Below are positions 24,655 through 37,862 of a stretch of DNA of 63,801 nucleotides, piece after piece. The stretch lies in the NCBI GenBank assembly GCA_022813965.1, contig JALDZS010000141.1:1-63801 (forward strand). Direction: 5' to 3'. Below the pieces are notes generated by a model. That model worked only from the letters and a program-made list of their open reading frames with translations, did no database searches and was not told where the DNA came from. Both the position numbers and the translations under genes were made by a program. The stretch comes from Toensbergia leucococca. Lineage: Eukaryota. Position 1 is the first letter of the stretch. Each line of letters begins with the position of its first letter.

Positions 24655-27600
24655 ATGACTACTGTAAACCGACCTACCGATGTCAAGCAGAAGGAAGCCG
24701 ATGTCAATCAAAAGCTTCGCCTCTATGGCATCTACTCCGGTAAGGATTCTATCTCACACCTCGCCTGCTGGCGACATGTGTAGTCGCGTTTTTCGGAATT
24801 CGCGTTGTTTTTGTTGCTGACGCTGACATCGCCAAATCAACAGCATTTGCCAATGGAAAGGTCCCATCCGTAAGTCATGCTGGCATGATCTTTTCTCTAT
24901 ATCATTATCTAATCATGTGTCCTCCAGAACAAGCAAATTGATGTCGCTCTCAACTCCGCTCTTGCCTCAAGACCTCTCGCCAACCCATCAAGCAAACTGT
25001 CATCGGAAGGACGACACCTGGTAGCTGATCTCCGCGATGTCGTCGAACAAGCAAAGTATTTAATTTTGACCAAAAATTCGGGCAATTTGTTGCAAGACTT
25101 CATCTGGCAGACACAGCAGGTTTCAGGTGGCAATGCCAAATTACCTGGAGCTCCTGTCGACAAGAGTACTGCTCAACAACACGGCAACCAGGCTCTTGAT
25201 GGCTTGAGGACACTTGGGACATTGATTATCTCTAATGGCCAATTCCGAAAATTATGTAGGTGAAGTGCGAAATTGACGATCAGGTCGAAACTAATTGATC
25301 CGTAGTGAGCGATGCTACGATTCTCCTCCGCGACATGGCTGGTGATGCAGCCTCAAGCGCTGCCGGTCGCATTAATCCATCTGAAGACCAGCTCTCACAG
25401 ATTGACCAGGCGGCTGACGATAACACCTGGCATGACGTTCCAGATTTTTCCCGTGATAATCTCAGAAGTCAGGTCAAGAACCAGTATAATCAAAACAAGC
25501 CATTTTCTCGTGGTGATGTTCAAAATGCAGCTGGCGACGCTACACAAGCTGCGCATCCTTCAGGTTCTCGTGACCCTGCTGATGCCGCCGATCTTGCGGC
25601 ACAAGATCAGCAGTATGGCACTGATTCTGGTGTTGATGCTGAGTCGGGCCTACGATCCGGTGCTCAGAATCTAAAGGACCAGGCATCGCAAAACGTTCCA
25701 CAAGAAACAAAGGAGCGCGCTCAACAAGCAAAGGAGAGCGCACGTAATGCCCACGGCAGAAGCAAGGATTACTTGACTGGCAAGATGCCCAAGGAGCGTC
25801 GCGATCAGACCATTTACCGGTTAAAGAAGATGATTGTTGAGATTCAAGGCCACCAAGATTGTGAGTAGCGCTGGTTTCAACGACTTGGTCAAAACTAATG
25901 ATTTTTAGATCAGCAAGCCATTGAGACACTGCTATCACTAGCTGAGCAGTACGGTGGTCATGGCAAGAACCTGTCGCAACAGGGTGCCGGTACCGTTAAA
26001 GGTGTTCACAGCGATGATGCTTTGACCACAGCTGAAGCTGACTTAAGGGTATGTTCTAGGGTTAGTTTCTGAGCACAGCGGTATGCTGACTCAGATCAAG
26101 ACCTTAATCGAACGCTTTGCCAATTCGACTTCTGCGGACGATTTGTTTGAGTCGATCAACAATGTATACCGCGATGCCGATAAGGATCCGGAACTCAAAG
26201 GCTGGTTCCGTAAGATCGATACATATGTTCGAAAATGCCTCAAGGAGCCAGGGTTTATTATGCAAGATTCCGCCAACTCAGAGTGGGACCAAATCTACGA
26301 CAAGGGTCATTTCCTTCTCCGTGAGCGATACCGAGATCATACTAATCGCGTCTTCGATGAGAGCAAGTTCCTCACGGACCAATTCGATCAAGACCCACAG
26401 AACAAACGCTTCGGTGCCGCTGTTCAGAAACTCTTCAATGAGCTCGGCAACGATGACAACGGGAAGCCCACGTTCAAGCCACATCTTGTCAAGGACTTGA
26501 GTACCGTCATCCTTCCCGGACTCTTTCAGAGCGTTCGCTACGTACCAATTCCGCGTATTGAGTACACTGACCACATGATGGACGCCATTGTCGAGAATTT
26601 GGTCATTGAGAGTGATAACTTGATGCCAAATTCCTTCGAATTTGGTAGTGATAATTACTTCCGCTGGGGACGTGCAAACGTCACTAACAAGAACAAGAAT
26701 AAGGTCATGGTTTCCGTTTCTGGTGTGCAGATGGACTTGAAAGACGTCAGCTACTATGTCAACAAAAAGGAAGGCTTTCCATCTGTCAAGGATACTGGCA
26801 TTATGGATATTTTCATGGGTGGCTCTGGCTTTAGCTTCAAGATTGCAATGGAGACCGCTGACAAGGCGGACCAACAGCATTTCTTCAAGATAAATACCGT
26901 CACCGTCGATGTCAAGAGCCTTAACATCAAGTTGAAGCAATCCAACCACAAGCTGTTGTTCAACCTCTTCAAGCCACTCTTATTCAAGGTGGTCCGCCCC
27001 GTAATCCAAAAGGTTTTGGAGAAGCAGATTCGCGATTCTGTGCACCAAGCGGACGGCATGGCGTATCAAATCCATCAAGAGGTTCAGCGTGCCTCAGCGC
27101 AGGTGCAGAACGACCCCGCGAATGCGCCCAACATCTATTCGCGCTATGTCACCGCTGCGCAGAAACAGATGATGCAAGGCAAGCAAAAGAGTCAGGAGGT
27201 TTCTGCAGACAAGAAAGTCAATGTAGCCATGACCCAACACGATTCAATTTTCCAAAATATCAAACTCCCGGGTGGTATCTCCACGAAAGCTACCGATTAC
27301 AAGAACCTTGCTGCTCAAGGTGACAAATGGGACTCGCCAGTCTTCGACCTTGGATCTTCAGCCGAGAGCACGAATATTCCGGCTGTCACACCCGTCGGTC
27401 GTAAACCTCACAATGCTACATCAGGTGGAGTTAGAGGACCCCAAAACGTCGAGCCTGGTCAATCTACTTTGGGCCAAGCTGAGTCAAGAACTGATGCTGG
27501 CCCCGGCCAAACCGGTACTTCTGCCGGCTATGATCAGAACTCATCCTCTGCTGGATACGGCCAGAGCAATGGTTCTGCTGGATTCGGCAACCAGGTGAAC

Positions 27601-27720
27601 CAAGCTTTCGGAAGTGACGCAGGGCAAGACTACTCCCTCAAGAACGACGGTGGCGTCGTCAATGGCACCGGAGGTACATTCCTCGGCAAAAACAACCCTG
27701 TGTTGAGTGGCAGCGCTTAG
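24655..27720 (+). CDS. Conserved fungal DUF4449/DUF5923-type (BPI/TULIP-like) protein
   Basis: MTTVNRPTDVKQKEADVNQKL...NKQIDVALNS...YVPIPRIEY...ENLVIESDNLMP; multi-exon, including a ~26-nt second exon. Confidence 0.8.
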
Positions 27721-28453
27721 ATGCTACTCGGTTAGTCTTTGAGCATCTGTTAATGGAAAGTTTGGCTGGCTTTTGTTTGATGATACCACTATTGCGTATG
27801 GCACGGTGCAGGTAAGTTAGTAATGGCATGGCGGAAGATGTGAAATTTGGAAGAGAGAGGCGAGGAGCGAGGGCGGTTCATTTCATAAGTCTCGTGTCGT
27901 GGTTCTATGCGTTTACGATGAGATTGGTCGTTTCGTGTAACTTGTCTTACTATCGGCTCTGCCCTTTTGACCTGGATGGCCTTGCTCTACGGAACTTGGA
28001 CTGATTGGCTTGGGGGGCATCTACTTTCCTGTGTTGTTGTGTGCGTGAGCTTTAAAAAAAACCGGCTCTTCTCTTTTTGTCTTTTGTTTTTTTAATTCTC
28101 CCCTTTTGTATTGGCGACAGAATTGCAATGAGATTGCACCTATTGATCCTTGCCTCGGTTGGTATTTTGTAAATGTAACTAATGCTTTTGCTGTTTTGTG
28201 TCTGCCGGAAGTCCCAGCAAGGCGTAGGTAATGTAACAACCTCGGCCCTGTCCTTGCCAGCTCGAAATGTCCGTAATTGAAGAGGGTAGAGAACTGGAGA
28301 TGGACGAATAGGTAGTAGTACGGTAGGTATTCCAACCCGGATATCTATCTATATACACCAACCCGAAGAAAAAATCACCAGTCCAACCCCGATACTTCAC
28401 AAAACGCCGCCGCTATGCACAAATCTCCCACCTCCATTTTCCGTGACACGAAT

Positions 28454-29776
28454 TCAAGACGAGTACTGCACTTCGACCCCGACCCCGCGAAACATACTCT
28501 CCCCTCTCCCAAGGTCCACCGTTACCCCAGCCGAATACAACAACTCCTTGACCCTCCCCTCCCACAACAACCCCACCCCGCCTTCCTGCCCCACCCTCGC
28601 CTTCAGCACACCCTCCACATCCTCCTCTCGCTCCCCCGCCCCTTGCACCACCACTTTCCTTCCCAGCTTTCGATACACCCACTCCAAGCCCTCTTCCTCC
28701 TCCGGCCCACGTCGTCTGCGCCGCCACAGCTCCATCCCGATTTGCAGGTCGCTTTCGTACGAATAGACGTTGAAGGCGAAGCGGGAGCAGAGGGCCAAAT
28801 TGCGCGAGGCGAGCACCGAGTACGTGCTGGAGAGATTGCCCATCAGCGGGTTGAGGGTTAGGGTCATGGTGTAGGGGAATCCGGGATGGGAGGGTAGGGT
28901 GGTGAAGCGGAGACCGGTGCTCATGCCGCCTGATTTGTTGAGCAGGCCGTAGTAGAGTTCGCAGCCGGCAGAGAAGCGGCCGTTTGGAGGTGGGGTTAGG
29001 TCTGTGGTTGTTTGGTAGGGAGTTGGGGTTGCTGTTGTTGTGAGACGGGGATCGGGGCCGAAGTTGTATAGGCCGCGAATGCCGAGGAGGGCGCTGTCGG
29101 TGCTGTAGAGGTATTCGGTGCTGTGTTTGCCTGTGTCGGTTTGGAGGAGGGCGAGGATGGTGCCGCCGCTTTTAAGGGCGGAGGAGCTGACGCTGGAGAG
29201 CTTTAGGAGGCGGGTTGGGCTTAAGCGCCTGAGGTAGAGGGCTTCGAGGGTGGATTGCGGGAGGAAGAGGCGACCGTAGAGGAGGGCATCTAGTGGGTGT
29301 TGAGTTGTGTAGAAGTTATGGTGATGGTGGGGGGCTACCTACCTCGTCTGTCTATTCGTTTGCCCTCGTGCCAGACTTCCCACCACCAGGGCTCGTCGGG
29401 TCGGCGGAGCTCTTGCAATTGGCGGTAGCCTTGGATGAAGTGGCGGAGGGGGATGTCGCTACTTTTTGAGTTTGCGGCAAGGGGAAGGGAGGAGTAGAGG
29501 TAGGAAAGGGAGCCGTCGACGGCGCCGATGCTGCCGAGAGTGTAGGTGGTTGCGAAGTTGGGGGAGGAGAGGGAGGAGATGTTCAGGCGGAGGCCGCGGG
29601 GGGTGTCGAAGTCGAGCAGAGCTTTGTTTGGAGAGGGTTCTCAGCTGTGGGACTCGAAAGAAGGAAGAGGGGGGCATACCGCGAGCTGTAGCTGTTAAGG
29701 AGCCGTAGGAGTTGTCGCGATTCCAGTTCGAGGCTTCGAAGAAGGCGTTTTGGACATAGTCCATGAAACCTAGCAT
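28454..29776 (-). CDS. MDM10: Mitochondrial distribution and morphology protein 10 (ERMES/SAM)
   Basis: [12 protein letters not shown]...[20 protein letters not shown]...NPLMGNLS...[12 protein letters not shown]; two introns. Confidence 0.95.
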
Positions 29777-29982
29777 CTTCGGCCCAATGCGCTCAGCGAG
29801 TCCTCAGAATCATTGCTGTGGTTCTAGCGCTCCTTGCCTCATTGCGTCGAGCCTCTGAACGGACCTGGGTTCTGTTCAATTGGTACCTATCCCCGCACAA
29901 ATCCTCAGCCCTATGAAACAATAAATCTCACACAGGAAATAAAACTCCAACCAAAGCAACCCAAACCACCGCCAACAGCAAA

Positions 29983-30793
29983 ATGCCCAAATCCAAGCGC
30001 GCGAAAGTGGTGCACACGTCCAAAACCTCCAAAAAAGGCAAAGACCTTACCCTCAAGCTCTACGCCAACATCCGCACCTGCCTCGACCAATACCCCCACG
30101 TCTTTGTATTCTCCGTCGACAACATGCGCAACACCTACCTCAAAGACGTCCGCTCCCAACTCTCGGACAGCAGGTTCGGAATTCCTCCCCTCTGTTCCCT
30201 CCGACATTAGCTCCATTTCCGTTGCTTGCGAACTCAACCTAACCATCCTCCAATCAAAAAGACTCTTCTTCGGCAAAACAAAAGTAATGGCTAAAGCCCT
30301 CGGCACCACCCCAGAAGACGAACCCGCCCCCCAGACCTCCCTCCTCTCAAAACATCTCTCCGGAGACGTCGGTCTTCTCTTTACTCCCCGCCTCCCGAGC
30401 GACGTCCTCGATTTCTTCTCCACCTACCACCCCCTCGACTATGCCCGTGCCGGCACCGTGGCGACTCGCTCTTTTATATTACCTTCAGGAACATTGTACT
30501 CGCGAGCGGGCGAAATACCTCAGATTGAAGATGTGCCATTGGCGCATGGATTAGAACCGTCATTGAGGAAGCTGGGGGTGCCGACAAGGTTGGTGAAAGG
30601 GAGAGTGGAGTTGGAAATTGAGCATGTGGTTTGTAAGGAGGGAGAAATATTGAGTAGTGGGCAGACGACGCTGTTGAAGATGTTTGGGATTGCCACGGCC
30701 GAGTTCAGGGTTGGGGTCAAGGCTTATTGGAGTGCAGGGACAGGAGAAGTGACTGATGTAAAAGAAGGAAACGGAATGGATGTTGAGAATTGA
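29983..30793 (+). CDS. MRT4: Ribosome assembly factor Mrt4
   Basis: MPKSKRAKVVH...DNMRNTYLKDVR|LFFGKTKVMAKALG...LRKLGVPT; intron ~30173-30261. Confidence 0.95.
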
Positions 30794-31439
30794 CTGAATT
30801 AAAAATCATATTCCACGGCGTTCAAACGATGGGGACTGCAAATGTTCGGGCATTGCAATTTGCAGACGGATTGTAGTATCGCTTATGCTGTTAGCCACCA
30901 TTTGACCAATGGCAGAGCCTATTTCCGCGCCAGCTTTTCGTCCCTTTCCTTCGAGTGGCCAATGAAACCTAACGCTGATAATACAACCAAAGAAAAAGAC
31001 CGCACCTAGATCAGTGAGGTAGATGAGCCCAGAAGCATCCTTACCTGACGCACATGCCTGCCTGACCAATCCACATTACTTACATTCTACTTACCAATCG
31101 ACACAGCGAGAACAAAACAAAGACAAAAAATATTACTGCTAGCTTACTTCGTGCCAAACAAGCCCGCCCACATGTTGGAAGAACCTGGTTGAAGCACCTG
31201 ACTTTGCCGAGACGATACCTTGGATACTTTGTCCTTGCAGTTGGGAGTCCTTGAATAGTAGAAAACACCGTCTCATGAACGGCTCGTAGAGGGCGTGCAG
31301 TAACCGCAGAAATTCGATAGAACGCCTTACCAAGGTGAGTGCCGAATTGAGGTGGCCACTTGCTTACCCTAAAAGCGAGGGGAAGAAATGCTGAGAAATC
31401 GAGGGAACCCACTCAACAAACCAGTGTTGCCGTAGAAGA

Positions 31440-33060
31440 CTAATACCTGCGTTTGCTGCGTGAATCGTCATATCCATCGCCCTCATGATACCTCTTTCGG
31501 CTGCTGTAGTCGTCGTCCCTACCCCGGCTGCTGTAATCTCGATCACGATCTCCACTGCCTCTGTCTCGATCACCGTATCCTCCGCCATCTCTGGGTCTTA
31601 CCGGCTCGCGGTTACTACCAGTGATACTTCCTCCTGAACGACCATCACCTCTATCGTCGTAGCCTCTGCTGCTTCCTCCTCCACGGTAAGAGGATCTGTC
31701 GTCATATGAGCCATTACGTCTTGGATCACCATACCCACCGCCGCTGGGCCCGTTAGACGCTGCAGCAGGCGAACCATTCATGCTACCATTGGCAGCAGTG
31801 CCGTTAGGAGCGGGACCACCGTACGCGCCAGAACCGAACCCTCCCCGAGTCCCTCCTGGACCAGATGGAGCGTTAGGGGGCGGCGCTGGACTATTACCAG
31901 ACCCATTAGGTGCTCCGCTAAATCCACCTCTTCCTCCAAACCCACCTCCACCTTGATACCCGATCCCACCTCTTCCACCAAACCCACTTCTATCTCCGCC
32001 ACGAAAGCCTCCCCTAAAGCCGCCACCACCGCCGCCGCCGCCACGTCCGCCTGAAAAGCCGCCACGGAATCCACCGCCTTGGGATCCACCTGGTCCGGCT
32101 GGAGCAGCGAAACCACCAGGCACAGCTGGACGAGCTGGCATGGCTTTAGTATAACCACGGCCACCGAGGCCACCTCCAAAACGACGAGGTTTCCACCCTT
32201 TGACGGTACGACCACGTTCGACGTCCACTAGTACGCGACGATCTTTGATGCGAATGCCATCGGTTTCTTTGTAAGCAGCTAGAGATCATCATAAGGCACG
32301 GCCCTCATGTCAGTCAAGCAATACACTCGGTGATCTCATTTCGTACAAAGTAGGATGGGTAAGGGATATCGTCTTTGACAAAGGAAAGTTAGCGTTAGCG
32401 GGATTGAGGAAGCTGTACCCTTCATGTCCTTTTCTCGCTCATACACCACAAAAGCATAGCCTCGGTGACTCTTCTTCTTCTTCTTTGATGGCTTGCCCTC
32501 ATCATCCATCTCGTGGGTATCCGTGACTATTCGTATCTGTAATTCCACCAGCATTAGCTTGCATCTTGCAAAGCCATACGAAGCGAGCAAATATACCCTC
32601 TCAATAGGTCCAAACCGCCCAAACTCCCGCTCCAGATCCTTTTCATTTGTGTCGTAACTCAATCTGGCCACAAAAAGAGTCTTGAAAGCATCTCCCCTAA
32701 CCTGCGGATCATCCCCTGGCTTGTCTACACCACACCAAGTTAGCGAATCCTTGATTTCCGATGGACAAACAGTAAACGAAAAGGGGTGCGACTTCGCATA
32801 CACTGCGAAAAACCTTCAGTGAGTAGATTCTCCTGCTTCTCCCTTTTCTCTAATTTCAGTCTATCCTTGCGCTGCAGCCAGCTCTCCGTCGGCTCATAAG
32901 GGATATCTTCGTATTCTTTGAGAGCATCGAGGAAGTGAGCTACGCCGCCGATATTGTTGGTTTTGCGCTCTTCGGGGGCATGGTCACTGGGTGGGAGGTA
33001 GCGGAGGGCGGGACGGGGTGCGAAGAGAGCGAGGAGGTTTGGCGGTAGCTTGTGCGTCAT
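31440..33060 (-). CDS. SNP1: U1 snRNP 70 kDa protein
   Basis: [27 protein letters not shown]...RGYAFVVYE...AAYKETDG...[27 protein letters not shown]-rich tail; three introns. Confidence 0.96.
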
Positions 33061-33345
33061 TGTAGATAGACAGTGTGGATCCCAGACAAAAATGCACGTA
33101 GTGAGACTTTCACTGAGCTAATGCTGTTGTGATTGAGCTGGATTCTGTCATGTCATGATGGAACATGTCGCGTCTGCTGTGGAGGTGAATACGGAATCAA
33201 TGTCACGATCCATTTTGGCGATCAGCCGTTTTGGGTAAGGCGCATAGAATACAATGGTCTTGGCACAGGCAAACCACAATTCGTACGAGTATGAACACCT
33301 CCTAATCTTTCACTACGCAAGACCAATGTACACTCCCTCATAGCA

Positions 33346-33895
33346 ATGCCCGTCCAGGCTCTCGCAGCAGTCTCAACCAGCCGAGTAAGCCACCCTCTCC
33401 AAATCCATCCCTCACCCCAAAACGCCCCGACACCTAATGACCCTGCCCCAGAACGGCGTCGGCGCCTTCATCCTCCAATGCAAGCGCCTCGACTTCCACT
33501 ACTGCGACTGGGCCGGTAGCTCGAAAGGCATGAAGTATGCTCTCCAAACCCAACCACCCCAATCCATCTCCCTGCTAATCCACTAACCTCACAACAGCAC
33601 CTTCCTCACCTCCGTCCTCCCCAACTTCGCGCGTACCCATCCCCAAATCGAAGTCCACGTTTCCCCGCGCCCGCACCGCCATCCGATCATCCGCGGCACA
33701 TATATCAACGGGCGGGAAAAGACGATTTGTGTGCGAAATCTGGCAAAGGAGCAGGTACTGAAGAAAGCCGAGTTGTTAAGGGATGCGAACGGGGAGAAAT
33801 TGAGGAGGGTGAAGGGAGGGAGGATGGTGGTGAGTGGGAATGAGAGTGTGAGGGGGATTTGGAGCCCGATGCATGGGGCCAAGGCGCCATTGTAG
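33346..33895 (+). CDS. MRPL51: Mitochondrial ribosomal protein mL43
   Basis: NGVGAFILQCKRLDFHYCDWAGSSKGM...HPIIRGTYINGREK...ESVRGIWSP; two introns. Confidence 0.92.
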
Positions 33896-34103
33896 AGAGG
33901 ATGGAGGTGGGGTACATAGGGATTGATTATATCTGCCATTAGGACTCGATGTCCAGGTATTCAATGCACAACCCAACACTAGCTACAAAAGTGAGGTGAC
34001 TGAGAAGCTTTCACGATACAGACCTGAAGACGATATGTTATCATAAGTGCTTTGGCGTCAAGTTCCTTCAAACTTCGGTAGAATCGATTGGCTTCAAAAT
34101 CAC

Positions 34104-35329
<1,226 letters not shown>

Positions 35330-36135
35330 GGTCGCAATTGAGAGGCTGTATGATATACTGAGCGGGTATAAGGAGTTGGCGAGAAAGTTTGAGCAAGTCG
35401 AGTCGTATCTGGGAAGGGTTTGTTGAAATGATTCTACCTAGGTTTGTTTCCTGGTGGGGTTTGCTTGGTGGGGTCTAGCTACCGTTACTCCGTACATGCC
35501 CGATAAGACTGTAGGGCTGAACATCTATCTCTTAAAAGGAGGTACATATCACTCAGACTTGAAGTGACCCAAATGTACCACGTCATACTCTTACATGAAG
35601 CACTCGAGACGCTTTATCACTTCCTCGGCCATCTACATCCGCGGCTGATCTGATTTAAATTCACAGGGACGGACCACTCTCTGTTGGAGTCGATTGCTCA
35701 CACTAAAGCAGCTTTGGTTGCCTGAAGCAATTGATGACATGGAGGGGAAGCAAGGATGTGGGGAAGAGAGTCAGGGGTCGATGGGGGTGGACAGTGAAAG
35801 GGGGAAGGATTCAGTTGTGGATCAAGAGTAAGGGAATGGAGTGTCGTGGGATTTAATGTAAGTTACGAGATGGAACTGCATTTTGGGAAGGCTGGCTAAT
35901 GACAATTCTTGTAGAAAGTCAAAAAGGAAGGAAATTAAACAGAAAGTAAGGTAGTAAATGGCAACCAAAGGAAATGTGAAGTCAGATGGCAATACTTCCA
36001 GTTGATATCGATCGCAGCACAACAGTAACGGATTTCACGACGCTTTGCAATAGGCAGTACCGCTCATTCTTATTTTGCACAATAACGAGTCACATAGTAG
36101 ACGCTAATGCATAACTTGATGGCCCCTTCTCAACT

Positions 36136-36738
36136 TCAGTGAAGTAGGACAGACCCTACCGGGTTTTCATTCGGCATCGGGGGTATACTCGGATTGGTAC
36201 ACGCCACTGGACTCGCTTGTCCATTGATAGTAACAGTGCCTTGTTGATCGCCCTCGCTGTCAGGATCAGTCGGATCATCATTGATGCAGTTGAAACCCTT
36301 GAAGAATGTGGCTTGTGTAAAATCTGCAGTGCTAGGCCAGGAGATCTGGAGGCCTCCGGTGTCAGGGGCGGGGAAGAAATTGAAACAGCCTGTAGTGGCA
36401 GACACCCCGGTAAAAAAGGTCGAGTTTTGTACCGTACTGTATCTTGTCGATTAGATTGAAATGAAGGCTCGAAAGGGTGAGTAGAGGAAAGTAGTAGACA
36501 AGGTTGAAAATATTTGAATCTGAGAAAGGGGTGATGGTGTACGAAGCTCGCGATGCTTGTGCTCTCTTGGGTGATGCATAACTTACCAGGCAGTGTCGGG
36601 AAAGGCGTTGACAGTCGCGCCACCCCATGGTGCCAAGGGTTGCGGCGTAGGTGTCGGCGTACCCGTGGCCTGAGGAGCTGCCACGGTGAGGGATGCCGCA
36701 CCAAGGACAACAAAAAATGTCTGAAGCTTTTGAAACAT
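36136..36738 (-). CDS. Small secreted protein, Cys-containing, unknown function
   Basis: Signal peptide MFQKLQTFFVVLGAASLTVAAP; a GTAAGT...ATACAG intron joins FPDTAC to TVQNSTFFTGVSATTGC in frame. Confidence 0.7.
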
Positions 36739-37460
36739 GATGGAAGAGCTATGACTGATTGGAAGTATTCCTTCCTCGTCTGTTTTGCAGTGCTGCACTG
36801 TTCGTATTTGAAATGATCACACCTGAGCAGAACAGAGGAACCTTATTAAACAAGAAAGAGATAAGGATTCAGTCCCCGGCGGGTTTGAAGTACCACTTGA
36901 TGTTGGCATTTGAGTTATTTTGTGTTGCGATGGGCATATTCCTAATTACCCAGAACTGTGTCTTCGTTCATAATTTCCAAAGATCTCCGAGCGCAGAGAT
37001 GGCGGGCTTTGAAGGGATCGACATGGATTTTTGTTGTTTGCTTGGATGCTAACAATCGCTGATCTGTAGGAATATAATACGAGCCGAAAGAAATCCCGCT
37101 GCTCCCAACTTGTCAAGTCAGAGATGCTGTACGCTAGGGATTCCAGAATCCAGATATCCTAGTATAGAATCCTTAGTGAGTATTTATACAACATGAAAGT
37201 AGGGGTAGATTGCAAATTGTGCTGCTCGTTAGTTTTTGGAGGAGCATAAAGCTCCTGTTGCGGCCCAGGCGTACGGGGGTGGTATCGTTTTCGGTAGTAG
37301 ATATGAGTGACATGGCGAGGCTGATTTGGAGGTGATACGGGCTAACGCCTGTAGATAGAAGAGAAAGAGAAAGAGATAGAAGTGGCTAATAAGTAGAGCC
37401 ACTAGGAGGGGAGAAGGGAGGTCGATAGAATAAAACCTGGCGCAAGATTAACAAAGCTCC

Positions 37461-37496
37461 AACAATAACAACAACAGCAACAACAACAACAACAAC
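37461..37496 (+). repeat. Imperfect (AAC)n microsatellite
   Basis: Seen directly. Confidence 0.9.
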
Positions 37497-37862
37497 CACC
37501 TCATAAAGGTAGCTCAAATGACATCTCGAAGCATCATACGTCAGGTCAGGTAATGCGATGTATAGAATCTTTGTCCATTGAAATTAAGAGAGCCTAGATA
37601 TGATCATACAGAGCCAAGAAAAGATTCGTTTCCCGTCCCAGTCGTAAACGCTAATAGAGTGCCTGCACGCATCCTCCCTGCTTTTGATGCATTAATAGAA
37701 AGAAAAAGGTATTAGATCGCATCGATAACAAGGCTTATAGGCAAAGATAGCCTGTAGGTTCTGCATGAACGCACCATGGCCCAAACTTCCAATCATTTGA
37801 AAATCATCAAGAACTGTGAGTAAAGGAGAACAGCTGTCGATGAAGAAAACCAAGGCATGAGC

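Noticed and set aside
29834..30793. 319-aa ORF as the MRT4 product
   Set aside because: It reads through the intron in the exon-2 frame; the true start is ATG 29983.
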